Below, piece by piece: positions 9,045 to 19,100 of a DNA stretch of 62,528 nt (the stretch's first letter is position 1; each line of letters begins with the position of its first letter). Source of the stretch: Steroidobacteraceae bacterium (GTDB lineage Bacteria > Pseudomonadota > Gammaproteobacteria > Steroidobacterales > Steroidobacteraceae); contig DATHCO010000130.1 in NCBI GenBank assembly GCA_035319505.1, positions 1 to 62,528 of the forward strand, read 5' to 3'. The notes below the pieces were generated by a model. It worked only from the letters and a program-made list of their open reading frames with translations, was not told the origin of the DNA and searched no databases. A program made the translations under genes and the position numbers.

Positions 9045-9627
9045 ACAGCAACGCGCTGAGCTCGCGGCGCAGCCAGACTCCGAAGCCAAGATAGCGAAAG
9101 CGGCGCCGCAACCTGCGCCGATACCAGTCGCCGCCGCGCAGGTGCACGGCGCCATCGGTACGCGTGCGATCGCAGTTCTCGCGCCAGTCCTCGCGGGTCA
9201 ACGCGGAGAGATACAGTGCCCGGCGCGTGAGGCGCGCAAGGTTCGCGATCGCGCGCGCCGCCTCGCGATCATCGAGATACTGCAGCACGTCGTAGCAGAC
9301 CACGAGGTCGCTCGGCCGGCGGGGCGCGTAGTCGACGACCGAGCCCCGGGTCCACCCGTAGCGCGTGCACAGATACTCGCTCGACTCGAGTCCCGTGTAC
9401 CTCGCCCGGGGCAGAAACTCGCGAAACGGTGCACGCAGCAGCCCGATTCCGCAACCGGCATCGAGGATGCTGAGCACGGGAATCGAGGCGTGGGTGAGGA
9501 TGGCGGCGATCAGGCGCGCGCGGGAACGCATCTCCCGCGCACCGATCACCCGCGTTGCGCGGTTGAAATAGAACCTCTCGAAGTAAGCGGGCCCGAAGAG
9601 CGTCTGCGGCTGGGACCGGCGGGCCAC
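9025..9627 (-). CDS. class I SAM-dependent methyltransferase
   Basis: Motif I: ILDAGCGIGLL. Size 200 aa. The GTG start at 9627 overlaps the glmS TAG stop by 1 nt (TAGTG). Confidence 0.8.
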   Translation of the reverse strand: MARRSQPQTLFGPAYFERFYFNRATRVIGAREMRSRARLIAAILTHASIPVLSILDAGCGIGLLRAPFREFLPRARYTGLESSEYLCTRYGWTRGSVVDYAPRRPSDLVVCYDVLQYLDDREAARAIANLARLTRRALYLSALTREDWRENCDRTRTDGAVHLRGGDWYRRRLRRRFRYLGFGVWLRRELSALLWDLERS

Positions 9628-11459
9628 TACTCGACCGTCAAGCTCTTCGCGAGATTTCGCGGCTGGTCGACATCGGTCCCCTTGAGCACCGCCACGTGGT
9701 AGGCGAGGAGCTGCATCGGCACGGCGAAGACGGCGGGAGACTGCAGCGCGGTCACAGCCACCGGCATTTGGATGACGGTCGTGCCGTCGGCGCTCTTCAT
9801 CCCGGCCTCGGGGTCCGCGAAGACGTAGAGCTGACCGCCGCGTGCGCGCACTTCCTGCAGGTTCGATTTGAGCTTCTCCAGGAGCTCATTGTTAGGCGCG
9901 ACTGCCACCACCGGCATGTCCTCATCGACCAGCGCGAGCGGCCCGTGCTTGAGCTCGGCCGCGGCGTATCCCTCCGCATGAATGTAGGAGATCTCCTTGA
10001 GCTTCAAGGCTCCCTCCAGGGCGATGGCATGGAGCGCCCCGCGCCCCACGAAAAGCGCGTGACGCTTGTCGGCGAACGCCTCGGCGAGGGCCCGAATGCG
10101 CTCATCGAGCGCGAGTGTCTTTTCGATGAGGCCCGGAAGCTGCAAGAGCTGCACCAGAAGCTCGCGCTCGCGGTCGGCGGCGCCGCGCCGCTTCGCGAGC
10201 GCCACCACCAGCATGCCGAGCGCCGCCAATTGCGTGGTGAACGCCTTGGTCGAGGCGACACCGATCTCCGGCCCCGCCCGGGTCAGAAGCACGAGCTCGG
10301 ATTCGCGCACCATCGAGCTCTCCGCGACGTTGCAGATCGTGAGCGTCGAGAGGTAGCCGGCGCGCCGCGCATTGCGCAACGCCGCCAGGGTATCCGCCGT
10401 CTCGCCGGATTGGGAGATGGTGACGAACAGCGTATCCGGCGTGATGACGGGGTCACGGTAGCGATACTCGCTCGCGATCTCGACGCGCGCCGGAATGCGG
10501 CAGAATTGCTCGATGAAATGGCCGGCGCAAAGGCCGGCATGGTAGCTCGTGCCACAGGCAGCGATGTGCACCGCCTCGACCCGCTCGAACACCGCTCGGG
10601 CGGTGGGGCCGAACGCCGCGTCGAGGAGCTTCGCCCCCGTGATGCGCTCGGCGAGGGTCTGCGCCACGGCGCGCGGTTGCTCGTGAATCTCCTTGAGCAT
10701 GAAGTGCCGGTAGGGACCGCGCTCGACCGACTCCGCGGCGAGGTCGCTCTCGATAATGGCACGCGATGCGCTCTTGCCGGCCGCGTCCACGATGGCGACC
10801 GATTTGCGGCGCACCTCGGCGACGTCGCCTTCCTCGAGAAACATGAACCGCCGAGTCACGGGCAGGAGTGCGGCGACATCGGAGGCGACGAAGTTCTCAT
10901 CGATGCCGAGTCCGATGACCACGGGGCACCCCTCGCGCGCGAGCACGATGGTCCCGGGGTCGCTCTCGGAGACGACCGCGATCGCATAGGCGCCGTCGAG
11001 CTCCGCGACGGTCTTGCGCACGGCCTCGAAGAGCCCCTCGCTCCTTGCCAAATGATGGTGGATCCGATGGGCGATCACCTCGGTGTCGGTCTCCGAGTCG
11101 AACTCGTAGCCCAGATCGAGGAGGCCCGCCCGCAGCGCCTCGTGATTCTCGATGATGCCGTTGTGCACGATGGCGATGCCGTCGCGCGAGACGTGCGGGT
11201 GCGCGTTGCGCGTGGTAGGCACGCCGTGCGTCGCCCAGCGGGTGTGCGCGATGCCGACGTGGCCGGCAATGGGCGTCTCCTCGAGAGCATCCTGGAGCTT
11301 TTTGACCTTGCCCACCGTGCGCACTCGCTCGAGGTGCCGGTCGGTCGACAACACCGCGATCCCGGCCGAATCGTAACCGCGGTACTCCAGCCGCCGCAGC
11401 CCCTCGATGAGGATCGGCACCGCATTGCGCTCCGCAACAACCCCGACAATTCCGCACAT
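9627..11459 (-). CDS. glmS: glutamine--fructose-6-phosphate aminotransferase
   Basis: ORF track 9627..11540. ATG at 11459 gives the canonical MCGIVG N-terminal nucleophile. Size 610 aa. The C-terminus is ...AKSLTVE. Confidence 0.97.
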   Translation of the reverse strand: MCGIVGVVAERNAVPILIEGLRRLEYRGYDSAGIAVLSTDRHLERVRTVGKVKKLQDALEETPIAGHVGIAHTRWATHGVPTTRNAHPHVSRDGIAIVHNGIIENHEALRAGLLDLGYEFDSETDTEVIAHRIHHHLARSEGLFEAVRKTVAELDGAYAIAVVSESDPGTIVLAREGCPVVIGLGIDENFVASDVAALLPVTRRFMFLEEGDVAEVRRKSVAIVDAAGKSASRAIIESDLAAESVERGPYRHFMLKEIHEQPRAVAQTLAERITGAKLLDAAFGPTARAVFERVEAVHIAACGTSYHAGLCAGHFIEQFCRIPARVEIASEYRYRDPVITPDTLFVTISQSGETADTLAALRNARRAGYLSTLTICNVAESSMVRESELVLLTRAGPEIGVASTKAFTTQLAALGMLVVALAKRRGAADRERELLVQLLQLPGLIEKTLALDERIRALAEAFADKRHALFVGRGALHAIALEGALKLKEISYIHAEGYAAAELKHGPLALVDEDMPVVAVAPNNELLEKLKSNLQEVRARGGQLYVFADPEAGMKSADGTTVIQMPVAVTALQSPAVFAVPMQLLAYHVAVLKGTDVDQPRNLAKSLTVE

Positions 11460-11637
11460 GCGTGCTCCGCTCCGCTCATTCAAACGGCTGTTTAGTGTGC
11501 CCGAGCGCGCATGAAAAGCCAGCCCGGGGTCGTGAGGCATCCCCAGCGGTCGGGCCCTACCCCCGCAGGGTGAGCGGTACTAGTGAGTATTCTCTAATGG
11601 TAGGCTGTTAGTAGCAGTTAACATATAATACTGGGTA

Positions 11638-11985
11638 GTGAAAGATATCGGCACAAAGAAATTCAAGAAAGAGCTGAATGGCGGCCTGGTCGGGCTCGTG
11701 CTCCTCGCTGTGCTGGACCGATCCTCCGAGGACCTGTACGGCTACGAGATTGCCAAGCGGCTGGCGAGCGCCAGCGAGGGCACCTCGATCTTCCAGCAGG
11801 GCACGATTTACCCGGTGCTCCGTTCCCTGTCGGCGAGAGCGCTGCTGACGAGCCGTATCGTGCCCTCTTATGCGGGACCGCCGCGCCGCTATTACCGCAT
11901 CACCGAGCAGGGTCGCGCCGTGCTCGCCGAATGGAGGGAGATTTGGGAGAGCACGCGCACCTTCGTCGATCGCTTCATCCAATGA
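11638..11985 (+). CDS. PadR-family transcriptional regulator
   Basis: LVLLAVLDRSSEDLYGYEIAKRL...GTIYPVLRSLSARALL...RRYYRITEQGRAVL is the PadR winged-helix signature. GTG start at 11638, downstream of a TATAAT-containing AT-rich stretch. Confidence 0.85.
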   Translation: MKDIGTKKFKKELNGGLVGLVLLAVLDRSSEDLYGYEIAKRLASASEGTSIFQQGTIYPVLRSLSARALLTSRIVPSYAGPPRRYYRITEQGRAVLAEWREIWESTRTFVDRFIQ

Positions 11986-12018
11986 GGACCGCGGCACTCC
12001 GCCCGAGCGCCGGCCGGG

Positions 12019-13701
12019 TCAGAAATGAAAGATCGCGTCCATGGCGAACATGGCCTGCGAGCGCTTGCCGCCGTTTTGGCGAAAGGTGAGCGTGCGCCCA
12101 CCGCTCGAGAACGTGCAAGCGGGACTCGCCGGGTTCGCGGGCGCATAGCAGGGGTTGTCGTAGGCGAAGCCGGTGATCGCGGCGTTGGGGGCCGTCAACT
12201 CCCGCTCCAGGCGGATCTCGGGGCGCAGCTCGATGACATCGCCGACCCAGTGGGTGTAGCCCAGGTCGACCTCGCCGAAGGAGCCCTTGAAGCCCGTGCG
12301 CTGTCCGGTCGTGTCGTTGAGGTAGTCGGTCCGCCACACCCAGATGTTGTGCGGGTCGTGCTCGTAGTTCAGGTAGTTGACGATCGCCCATTCATGCGAG
12401 GCGCAATAGACGAGCGCGGTGTTGTTGCACTGAGCGCCGTCCGGCGCGCCGATGTTGAAGTCGGGCGTGGGGAACATGTGCGCGAGAATCGCCGCGCCCT
12501 GCGGGTTCAGCACGTCGGGCGTGTGATTCTCCCACATGTACCAGGCCTCGGTATCGGTGTGCCAGTGATCGTTGATCTTGTGGTACCAGGTCGTGACGGC
12601 GTGCTGGACGTTGTTCCAGCCGAAGTTCTGGTTGTTGAGGCCGTTCATGCAAGGGTAGATCGCATCGTTCCCCGAGGTCGTGGTGTAGATGATGCACGCG
12701 GCCGGTGTCCATTGACGAAATTGCGTATCGGTAGGCGAGAGGTCGTTACCGGCCGAGATCTCGAGCTGCACCTTCCAGTTTCTGTTCAGCATCGTGGTCG
12801 AGACGATGCCGTTCTGGGTGTAGGGGTCGTAGGTGTAGAGGAGCGAGTGGCTGTACGTGAGATTGTTCGGCGCGAGCTGCGCCTCGATGTCGGGAATGGA
12901 GATGTAGCGTCCCACCCGCAGGTTCTCGCCCTCGAAGAAATGCGGGAAATAGAAGTCCATGTAATACATCACCGGATCCCAGCCATAGAGCCTCTCGCGG
13001 TCGGTGTACTGCCAGCTCAGGATGCCGTTCGAGAAGGTGTACTTGTAGTCCGTGCCGTAGAGCCAGGTGATGCGAAAGCCCCAGTCGAAATGGTCGCGCT
13101 GGATCTCATCGGGCGTGCGCTCGAAATACACCGCGGCCTGGTCGAGCTGGATCGTGTCGGGCTCGTAGGAATAGGCGGCCGGAAAGTTCCCGCCCGTTCC
13201 CGAGAGCTTGTTGAAGCCGAGATTCGAGGTAGAGAAGTTGCCCCCCGGCTCGAGCCAGCCGTAGATCGTGAAGCGGCTGTCCTTCCACGCCTTGCCGTGC
13301 TCGCCGCAGTAGATCGCATCCATGAGCGCGCTCGAGTACAGGTTCTCGTAACCGATGAGCTCGGTGCCGCCCTCGGGGTACACCGTGTAAGGCCAAGGCG
13401 GGTTCGAGACCGGCGGCGGCGGCAGATCCTTGCGATAGCCGGCCGCCTCCTCGTCGAACGGCGCATTCGCATCGGGCACCGGTGCCGGCTGATCCCCCGG
13501 GAACAAGTGCTTCTTGTAGCTCTCGCTCAGGCGCTTCCAGAAGCTCGTGCTCTCGGAGCCGCTCGCGCAACCGTCCGCCGGCCCGCTGTCGGCGAGCGCC
13601 GTCGAGCCGAGGTCGAACATCGCACACAGCACCAGCGCCGCCCGCAGGCACGCGCACCGACTCATGCGCCCATGCCGAGTCCCTGCCGCTGTGATGAGCA
13701 T
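12019..13701 (-). CDS. putative outer-membrane beta-barrel protein (porin-like, 560 aa)
   Basis: Signal peptide ...RAALVLCAMFDLGSTALA. Rich in aromatic/Gly/Asn/Thr alternating segments. The C-terminal ...AMFAMDAIFHF ends in Phe, as in OM beta-barrels. ATG 13701 has AAGAGG 9 nt upstream; ATG 13665 is the alternative. Subfamily not recognised. Confidence 0.7.
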   Translation of the reverse strand: MLITAAGTRHGRMSRCACLRAALVLCAMFDLGSTALADSGPADGCASGSESTSFWKRLSESYKKHLFPGDQPAPVPDANAPFDEEAAGYRKDLPPPPVSNPPWPYTVYPEGGTELIGYENLYSSALMDAIYCGEHGKAWKDSRFTIYGWLEPGGNFSTSNLGFNKLSGTGGNFPAAYSYEPDTIQLDQAAVYFERTPDEIQRDHFDWGFRITWLYGTDYKYTFSNGILSWQYTDRERLYGWDPVMYYMDFYFPHFFEGENLRVGRYISIPDIEAQLAPNNLTYSHSLLYTYDPYTQNGIVSTTMLNRNWKVQLEISAGNDLSPTDTQFRQWTPAACIIYTTTSGNDAIYPCMNGLNNQNFGWNNVQHAVTTWYHKINDHWHTDTEAWYMWENHTPDVLNPQGAAILAHMFPTPDFNIGAPDGAQCNNTALVYCASHEWAIVNYLNYEHDPHNIWVWRTDYLNDTTGQRTGFKGSFGEVDLGYTHWVGDVIELRPEIRLERELTAPNAAITGFAYDNPCYAPANPASPACTFSSGGRTLTFRQNGGKRSQAMFAMDAIFHF

Positions 13702-13719
13702 CGGTACTTACCTCTTTCC

Positions 13720-13771
13720 GCACACGCTTTCGCCGGCAGCGCACACGCGTTGGCCCAAGGCACACGCGTGT
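13720..13771. repeat. three phased copies of GCACACGC in the 5' region of the beta-barrel gene
   Basis: Copies at 13720, 13741 and 13760 (spacing 21 and 19 bp). The third extends to the perfect 10-bp palindrome ACACGCGTGT (13762..13771). Confidence 0.35.
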
Positions 13772-13875
13772 CCAGCGGCGAGTGCGGCAGAGAATAGGGA
13801 GGGCAGTGAAAAAAAACTGTAAAATGATCTCGGAGCTTGACACCCCTGAAAATCTTTGCGAGCTCCGAATTCAAA

Positions 13876-14637
13876 TCACTGTCGCGCGGGCTTGCCGCGC
13901 GCGAAGAACTTGGCGACCCGCTTGGACGCATCCGGCGCCAGAGCCTCGTGCTTGAACAATTCGAGCGTATGCGCCTCGCTCAAGCTCAACCCGTCGATCT
14001 CGATGAGCGCACGCTTGTTGACTTGATTTGCGTACCAGGAATTCTCCAGGATCTCCTTGGCGAGCGTCTCGAGCTCCGACTCGAATCGATCGTCCGGGAA
14101 GCAGTAATTGGCGAGATGCATCGCGGCCGCTTCGCGGCCGCTGTAGCTGCGGCAGGTGAACATCATCTCGCTCGCCTTCGCCCGCCCGATTCGGTGCGGC
14201 AGTCGCAGCGACAACCCCCAGACGGGCGTCAAGCCCCAGCGCGCGTAGACGTCGGAGAATCGAGCCGACTCGGCGGCGATGATCAGGTCCGCGGCGAGCG
14301 CGAGCTCGAGGGCCCCCGTCGAGCAATGACCCTGCACCGCGGAGATCACCGGCTGAGGCAGGTCCGCGAGCTTCTGAATGACCTCCGAGTGAAAATGCGG
14401 CTTCGCGTGCGCCTTCACGTGCGCGAGCACTTCGTGCATGTCGTAGCCCGCGGAAAAGTTGCCCCCCGCGCCGCGCACGATCACGAGGCCCACCGTCTTC
14501 GCCTCGCGCGCGATCCTATCGACGTGCGCCTCGAGGGCCTCGAAGAGCTCCTTGGAAAGCGCATTGAATTTGTGGGGCCGGTTCAAGATGAGGTACGTGG
14601 CGCCGCCCCGGTTTTCCCGCAGGACCAGATCGTTCAT
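13876..14637 (-). CDS. enoyl-CoA hydratase/isomerase (crotonase) family protein
   Basis: ORF track 13876..15045. ATG at 14637 checked. Motifs: YLILNRPHKFNALS, VIVRGAGGNFSAGYD, VQGHCSTGALELALAADL. The start overlaps the OMF stop (ATGA). Confidence 0.88.
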   Translation of the reverse strand: MNDLVLRENRGGATYLILNRPHKFNALSKELFEALEAHVDRIAREAKTVGLVIVRGAGGNFSAGYDMHEVLAHVKAHAKPHFHSEVIQKLADLPQPVISAVQGHCSTGALELALAADLIIAAESARFSDVYARWGLTPVWGLSLRLPHRIGRAKASEMMFTCRSYSGREAAAMHLANYCFPDDRFESELETLAKEILENSWYANQVNKRALIEIDGLSLSEAHTLELFKHEALAPDASKRVAKFFARGKPARQ

Positions 14638-16127
14638 GGTGAAGCTCCTCGAGGCCGATTCCACCACCCGCCGCCGAGGGCTTGATAGAGGCCGGCCGTG
14701 TCGGAATAGCGGTTCGCTTGCGCCTGTACCATGGTGAGCTCGGCCTGGCGGTAGGCGAGCTCCGCATCGAGCACCGCCACCAGGCTCAACGTCCCGAGCT
14801 CGCGCTGACGGCGTGCGAGATCGAATGTCTTCTCGGCGGCGCGCGCCGCATCGACGCTCGCCGCGAGCGCATCGGCATCCGCGTCGAGCGCACGCAAGGT
14901 ATCGGCGACATTCTGACAGGCGAGAATGACCGCCGCCCGATATTCGGCTCCCGCCTGATCGAGCGCCGCATCGGCCGCACGCTTCCTGTGCAGGAGCGCC
15001 CCGGCATCGAACAGGACCTGGGTGAGCGAGGCGCCGGCGTCCCAAAATCCCGTGTAGGGCGTGAACAGCTGATCGAGCTTGAGTGCGCTCGAGCCCAGGT
15101 TTCCGTCGATGGAGAACTGCGGCAGCATGTCGGCGATCGCCACGCCGACCGCGGCCGAGGCTGCGTGAAGGTTCTCCTCCGCTTGACGCACATCCGGGCG
15201 CTGCTCGATCAGCTTGGATGGAACGCTCACGGGGAGCTCCGCGGGGAGTGTCAGGTCCTCGATCTTGAACGACTCGGCGGGCTCCTCGGCGGGCAGACGT
15301 CCAAGGAGAGCGGTCAACTCATCGCGGGTCTGGCCGAGCTGCTTCTCGAGCGGCGGCAGGGTCTCGGCGGTCTGCGCCTCCGCGGATTGCTGCGCGAGCA
15401 GGTCGAGGTCGCTCGCGGTCCCGACCGCGTGCTGGCGCTTGACGGTCTCGGTGAGCTGATGCTGCACCTCGAGCAGCCGTCGGGTCGCGGCGATCTGGCC
15501 GCGAAGCGATGCCTCGGTGATCGCGGTGACCACGACGTTGCTCTCCAAGGTGAGATAGGTCGCCTCGAGCTCGAAGCGGCTCTGTTGCTCTTGCGCCTTG
15601 GCCATCTCGACGGCGCGACGCGTGCCGCCGAAGACGTCGGGGAGATAGCTCAGAGTGAGCTGCGCCGTGTACAGATTGTAATAGGGATTCGACTGGGGAA
15701 GGGCCGTCGGATTGGAGATCGTCCCGGTCGCGTTCTTGGCGCGCATGGCGGAAAAGTTTCCCTCCACCAGGGGAAAGTAGCTCGTGCGCTGCGCGAGGTA
15801 CAGCTCGTGCGCCTGCTTCAAGGCCGCGCGCGCAGCATCCGCATTCGGATTGGCCTTGAGCGAGTGCTCGACCAGCTGGTCGAGCGCCGGCGACTGAAAG
15901 AGCGTCCACCAATGATAGGGGACTTCCAGGCCGCTCGCGAAGCGCTGCGAGGCGCCGCCCGCGCCTTGCGCGGCGGCAGTCTCGGGTTTCTCGAGCGCGT
16001 GGCCGTAGCCCGCATCGGTCGGCGGCGCGGGACGCTTGAAATTCGGCCCCACGGCGCAGGAGCAGACACCGGCGGCGAGGATCGCGTAACCAAGCGCACG
16101 CCTGAGAGGCCGGATCATCGCCCCCAC
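14634..16127 (-). CDS. RND efflux outer-membrane factor lipoprotein (NodT/OprM family)
   Basis: Lipobox-like ILAAGVCSC followed by AVGPNFKRP. Size 497 aa. Two repeats of the OMF coiled-coil/barrel pattern. The C-terminus LYQALGGGW is typical of this family. Confidence 0.9.
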   Translation of the reverse strand: MGAMIRPLRRALGYAILAAGVCSCAVGPNFKRPAPPTDAGYGHALEKPETAAAQGAGGASQRFASGLEVPYHWWTLFQSPALDQLVEHSLKANPNADAARAALKQAHELYLAQRTSYFPLVEGNFSAMRAKNATGTISNPTALPQSNPYYNLYTAQLTLSYLPDVFGGTRRAVEMAKAQEQQSRFELEATYLTLESNVVVTAITEASLRGQIAATRRLLEVQHQLTETVKRQHAVGTASDLDLLAQQSAEAQTAETLPPLEKQLGQTRDELTALLGRLPAEEPAESFKIEDLTLPAELPVSVPSKLIEQRPDVRQAEENLHAASAAVGVAIADMLPQFSIDGNLGSSALKLDQLFTPYTGFWDAGASLTQVLFDAGALLHRKRAADAALDQAGAEYRAAVILACQNVADTLRALDADADALAASVDAARAAEKTFDLARRQRELGTLSLVAVLDAELAYRQAELTMVQAQANRYSDTAGLYQALGGGWWNRPRGASP

Positions 16128-19100
16128 CCGTCATGGCCGAGACGCTGCTCGGCCCAGTGCTCGATGACGTGGTACATCGAGGGCAGCACGAACAGGGTGA
16201 GAATCGTGGAGATCGCGAGGCCTCCCACGACCACGGTGGCGATCCCGCGCTGCACGTCGCTCCCGACCCCCGTGTGGATCGCCGCCGGTATCATCCCCAG
16301 CGTTGCGACCGTCGCCGTCATCAGCACCGGCCGCAGCCGCTCGGTCGCGCCCTGCATGATGGCCTGATGGAGCTCGAGGCCCGCCCTTCGCATGCGATTC
16401 AAGTTCGACACCATGATGATGCCGTTCTGGACCGCGACGCCGAAGAGCGCGATGAACCCCACTCCGCTCGCGACGTTCAAGTTCTGCCCCGTGAGATGCA
16501 GCGAGACGAGGCCACCGAGGGTGGCGAGCGGCACCACCCCCAGCACGAGCAGCGCCTGGCGGAAGGATCGGATTCCCACGGTGAGGAAGATGAGCATCAT
16601 GCCGAGGACCAGCGCGAGGATCACCAGGAGCCGCGCCTCGGCGCGGCGCTGATTCTCGAACTGTCCGCCCCACTCGAGCTGGATCTTTCTCGGGTCGAAA
16701 TGCACCTCGGCGCCGATCTTCGCCTGCGCCTCGTTGAGATAGGAGGTCAGGTCGCGGTCACGGTTATCGATGCGGATGGTGATGTTGCGCCGCGCGTTCT
16801 CACGCGTGACCGTGCTCTCGCCCGAGCGCACGCGAACATCGGCGAGCTGCGACAGAGGCACCTGCACGCCGCTCGCAGTGCTCACGAACAAGTTCCCGAG
16901 CGCCTCGGGCGAATTGCGCGTGTCGGTCGTGAAGCGGACCGTCAAGGGATACTGGCGCTCCTTGACATAGACCGTCGAGATCGGTGCCTGCCCGACGCCG
17001 ACCTGAATGACGTTCTGCACATCGGTCATGTTCACACCGTAACGCGCCGCCCTCTCGTGATCCAGCTTGATCTCGATTTGAGGAATGGGCGGCTCCTGGA
17101 AGATCGAGGCGCTCGAGGTGCCGCGGATCGTGTAGAGCACCTCCACGATCCGGGAGCCGACGCGGCGCAACTCATCGAGATCATCCCCGTAGATCTTGAT
17201 CACCAGCGGGCTGTGGGCGCCGCCGATCATGTCATTCACGTTGTCGATGATCGGCTGGCTGATGCCGATCGAGTAGCCCGGCAGGTCCCTGGCGAGTCCC
17301 GCCGCGAGCTTGTCGAGGAACTCGCGCTTGGACTCGTGCTGCGGCCAGGTGTCGTAGGGCTTGAGACCGACCGGGGCCTCGATGTGCGACATGGTCCAGG
17401 GGTCGGTGCCATCGTCGTTGCGCCCGGTCTGGGTCACCACGTAGGAGACCTCGGGATATTTCAGAATGGCGCGCCGCAAGTCGCTCGCCATGTCGCTCGC
17501 CTTGTTGAGCGCAAGGCCAGTGGGCATTTGCACCTGCAGCCAGAGCGCACCCTCGTCCAGGTCGGGAAGAAAATCACGCCCGACGCTCACTCCGAGCCCC
17601 ACCACCAGAAGCAGCGCGAAGACCACCACGCCGTAGATGATTTGCGGTTGATCGAGACAGCGAGCGAGCAGCCGGTCGTAGGCCACCGTGAGCCATTCGA
17701 GCCAGCGGTTGTGATAGATCCGGCCGGGTTTGCGGAAAGCGTAGTACGCAAGTCCGGGTACGAGCGCGAGCGCGGTCAGCAAGGCGCCGAAGAGCGCGTA
17801 GCCCATGGTGTAGGCCATCGGGGTGAACAGCTTCGCTTCCGCGCGAGTGAAGGAGAAGAGCGGCAGGTAGGCGGTGATGATGATGAGGCTCGCAAAGAAG
17901 ATCGGCCGGGTCACCTGCAGTGTGGCAGCCTTTGCCTCGCTTTCGGACAGCTCCTCCGCGGGCAGCGCCTCGCGCCGTCGCAGGACCGACTCGGTGACCA
18001 CGATCGCCCCGTCGACGAGGATGCCGAAATCGATGGCGCCGAGCGAGAGCAGATTCGCCGACACGTGCGTGAGATTGAGCAGCGAGAACACCGACACGAG
18101 CGCGAGCGGAATGCTCACCGCGACGACGAAGGCGCTGCGCGGGCTCCCCAAGAACAGGATGAGGATCAAGAAGACCAGGGTGATCCCCTCGAGGATGGTG
18201 CGGCCCACCTTGTGAATCGTCGCGTGCACCAGATCGTCGCGGTCGATATAGGGCACGATGCGCACCCCGTCCGCGGCGAGCTTGGCGTTGAGCTCGTTCA
18301 CCTTGGCATGGATGCCGCGCAAGGTCTCGGACGGATTCTGGTACTTGAGCATGAGCACGATGCCTTCGATCGTGTCGGGATTGGAGTCCTTGCCGAGGAT
18401 CCCCTCGCGTTCCTGATGAGAGAGCGTGGTACGACCCAGATCGCGCGCCAGGACGGGGGTGCCGTTCACCTCGGTCACCACGATCGAGCCGATCTGTGCG
18501 AGCTCGTGGATCAGCCCCACCCCCCGGATCACGTAGCTCTGATCGCCGCGCGAGACCCGGCCGCCACCGGCATTCGTGTTGTTGCTGTTGATCGCGTTGA
18601 TCACATCGGTGATTCCGAGCCCGTAGTGCTCGAGCTGCTTCGGATCGAGATCGAGCTGATACTCCGTGGTGAAGCCGCCGAAATTGGTGTCGTCGACCAC
18701 GCCCGGAACGCTCTTCATCGCCGGAATCACGATCCAGCGCTGGATCTCGGAGAGCTCCTGGAGATTTTTCCTGTCGGACTCGAGCGTGTAGCGAAAGATC
18801 TCGCCCCCCGGCCCCGCGACCGGGTCGAGCGAGGGACTCGCCCCGGGCGGCAGCACCGCCTGATTGATGCGCTCGAGCAGGCGCTGGCGTACCCAGTAAT
18901 CCTCGTAGCCGTCGCGAAACAGCACGGTGATCAAGGACAATCCGAAGGTGCTCGACGAGCGCATCAGCAGAAGGCCCGGCGTGCCGTTGATCTCGCGCTC
19001 GAGCGGCACCGTGATGAGCTGCTCTACCTCCTCGGCGGCGAGGCCGGGCAGCTGTGTGGTCACCTGCGCCGAGACATCGCCGAGCTCGGGATAGGCCTCG

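Noticed and set aside
11487-11498. Shared 12-mer GCTGTTTAGTGT upstream of glmS (11487) and upstream of the RND operon (20486), considered as a possible common operator.
   Set aside because: By simple pair counting, a 62-kb window is expected to contain many chance 12-mer repeats. The distances to the two start codons differ greatly (28 versus 132 nt).
13876-14637. Crotonase considered as an RpfF-like DSF signal synthase exported by the adjacent RND pump.
   Set aside because: The sequence does not resemble RpfF as I recall it beyond the generic crotonase fold, and no rpfB/C/G-like genes are nearby. I keep it only as a generic acyl-CoA enzyme hypothesis.
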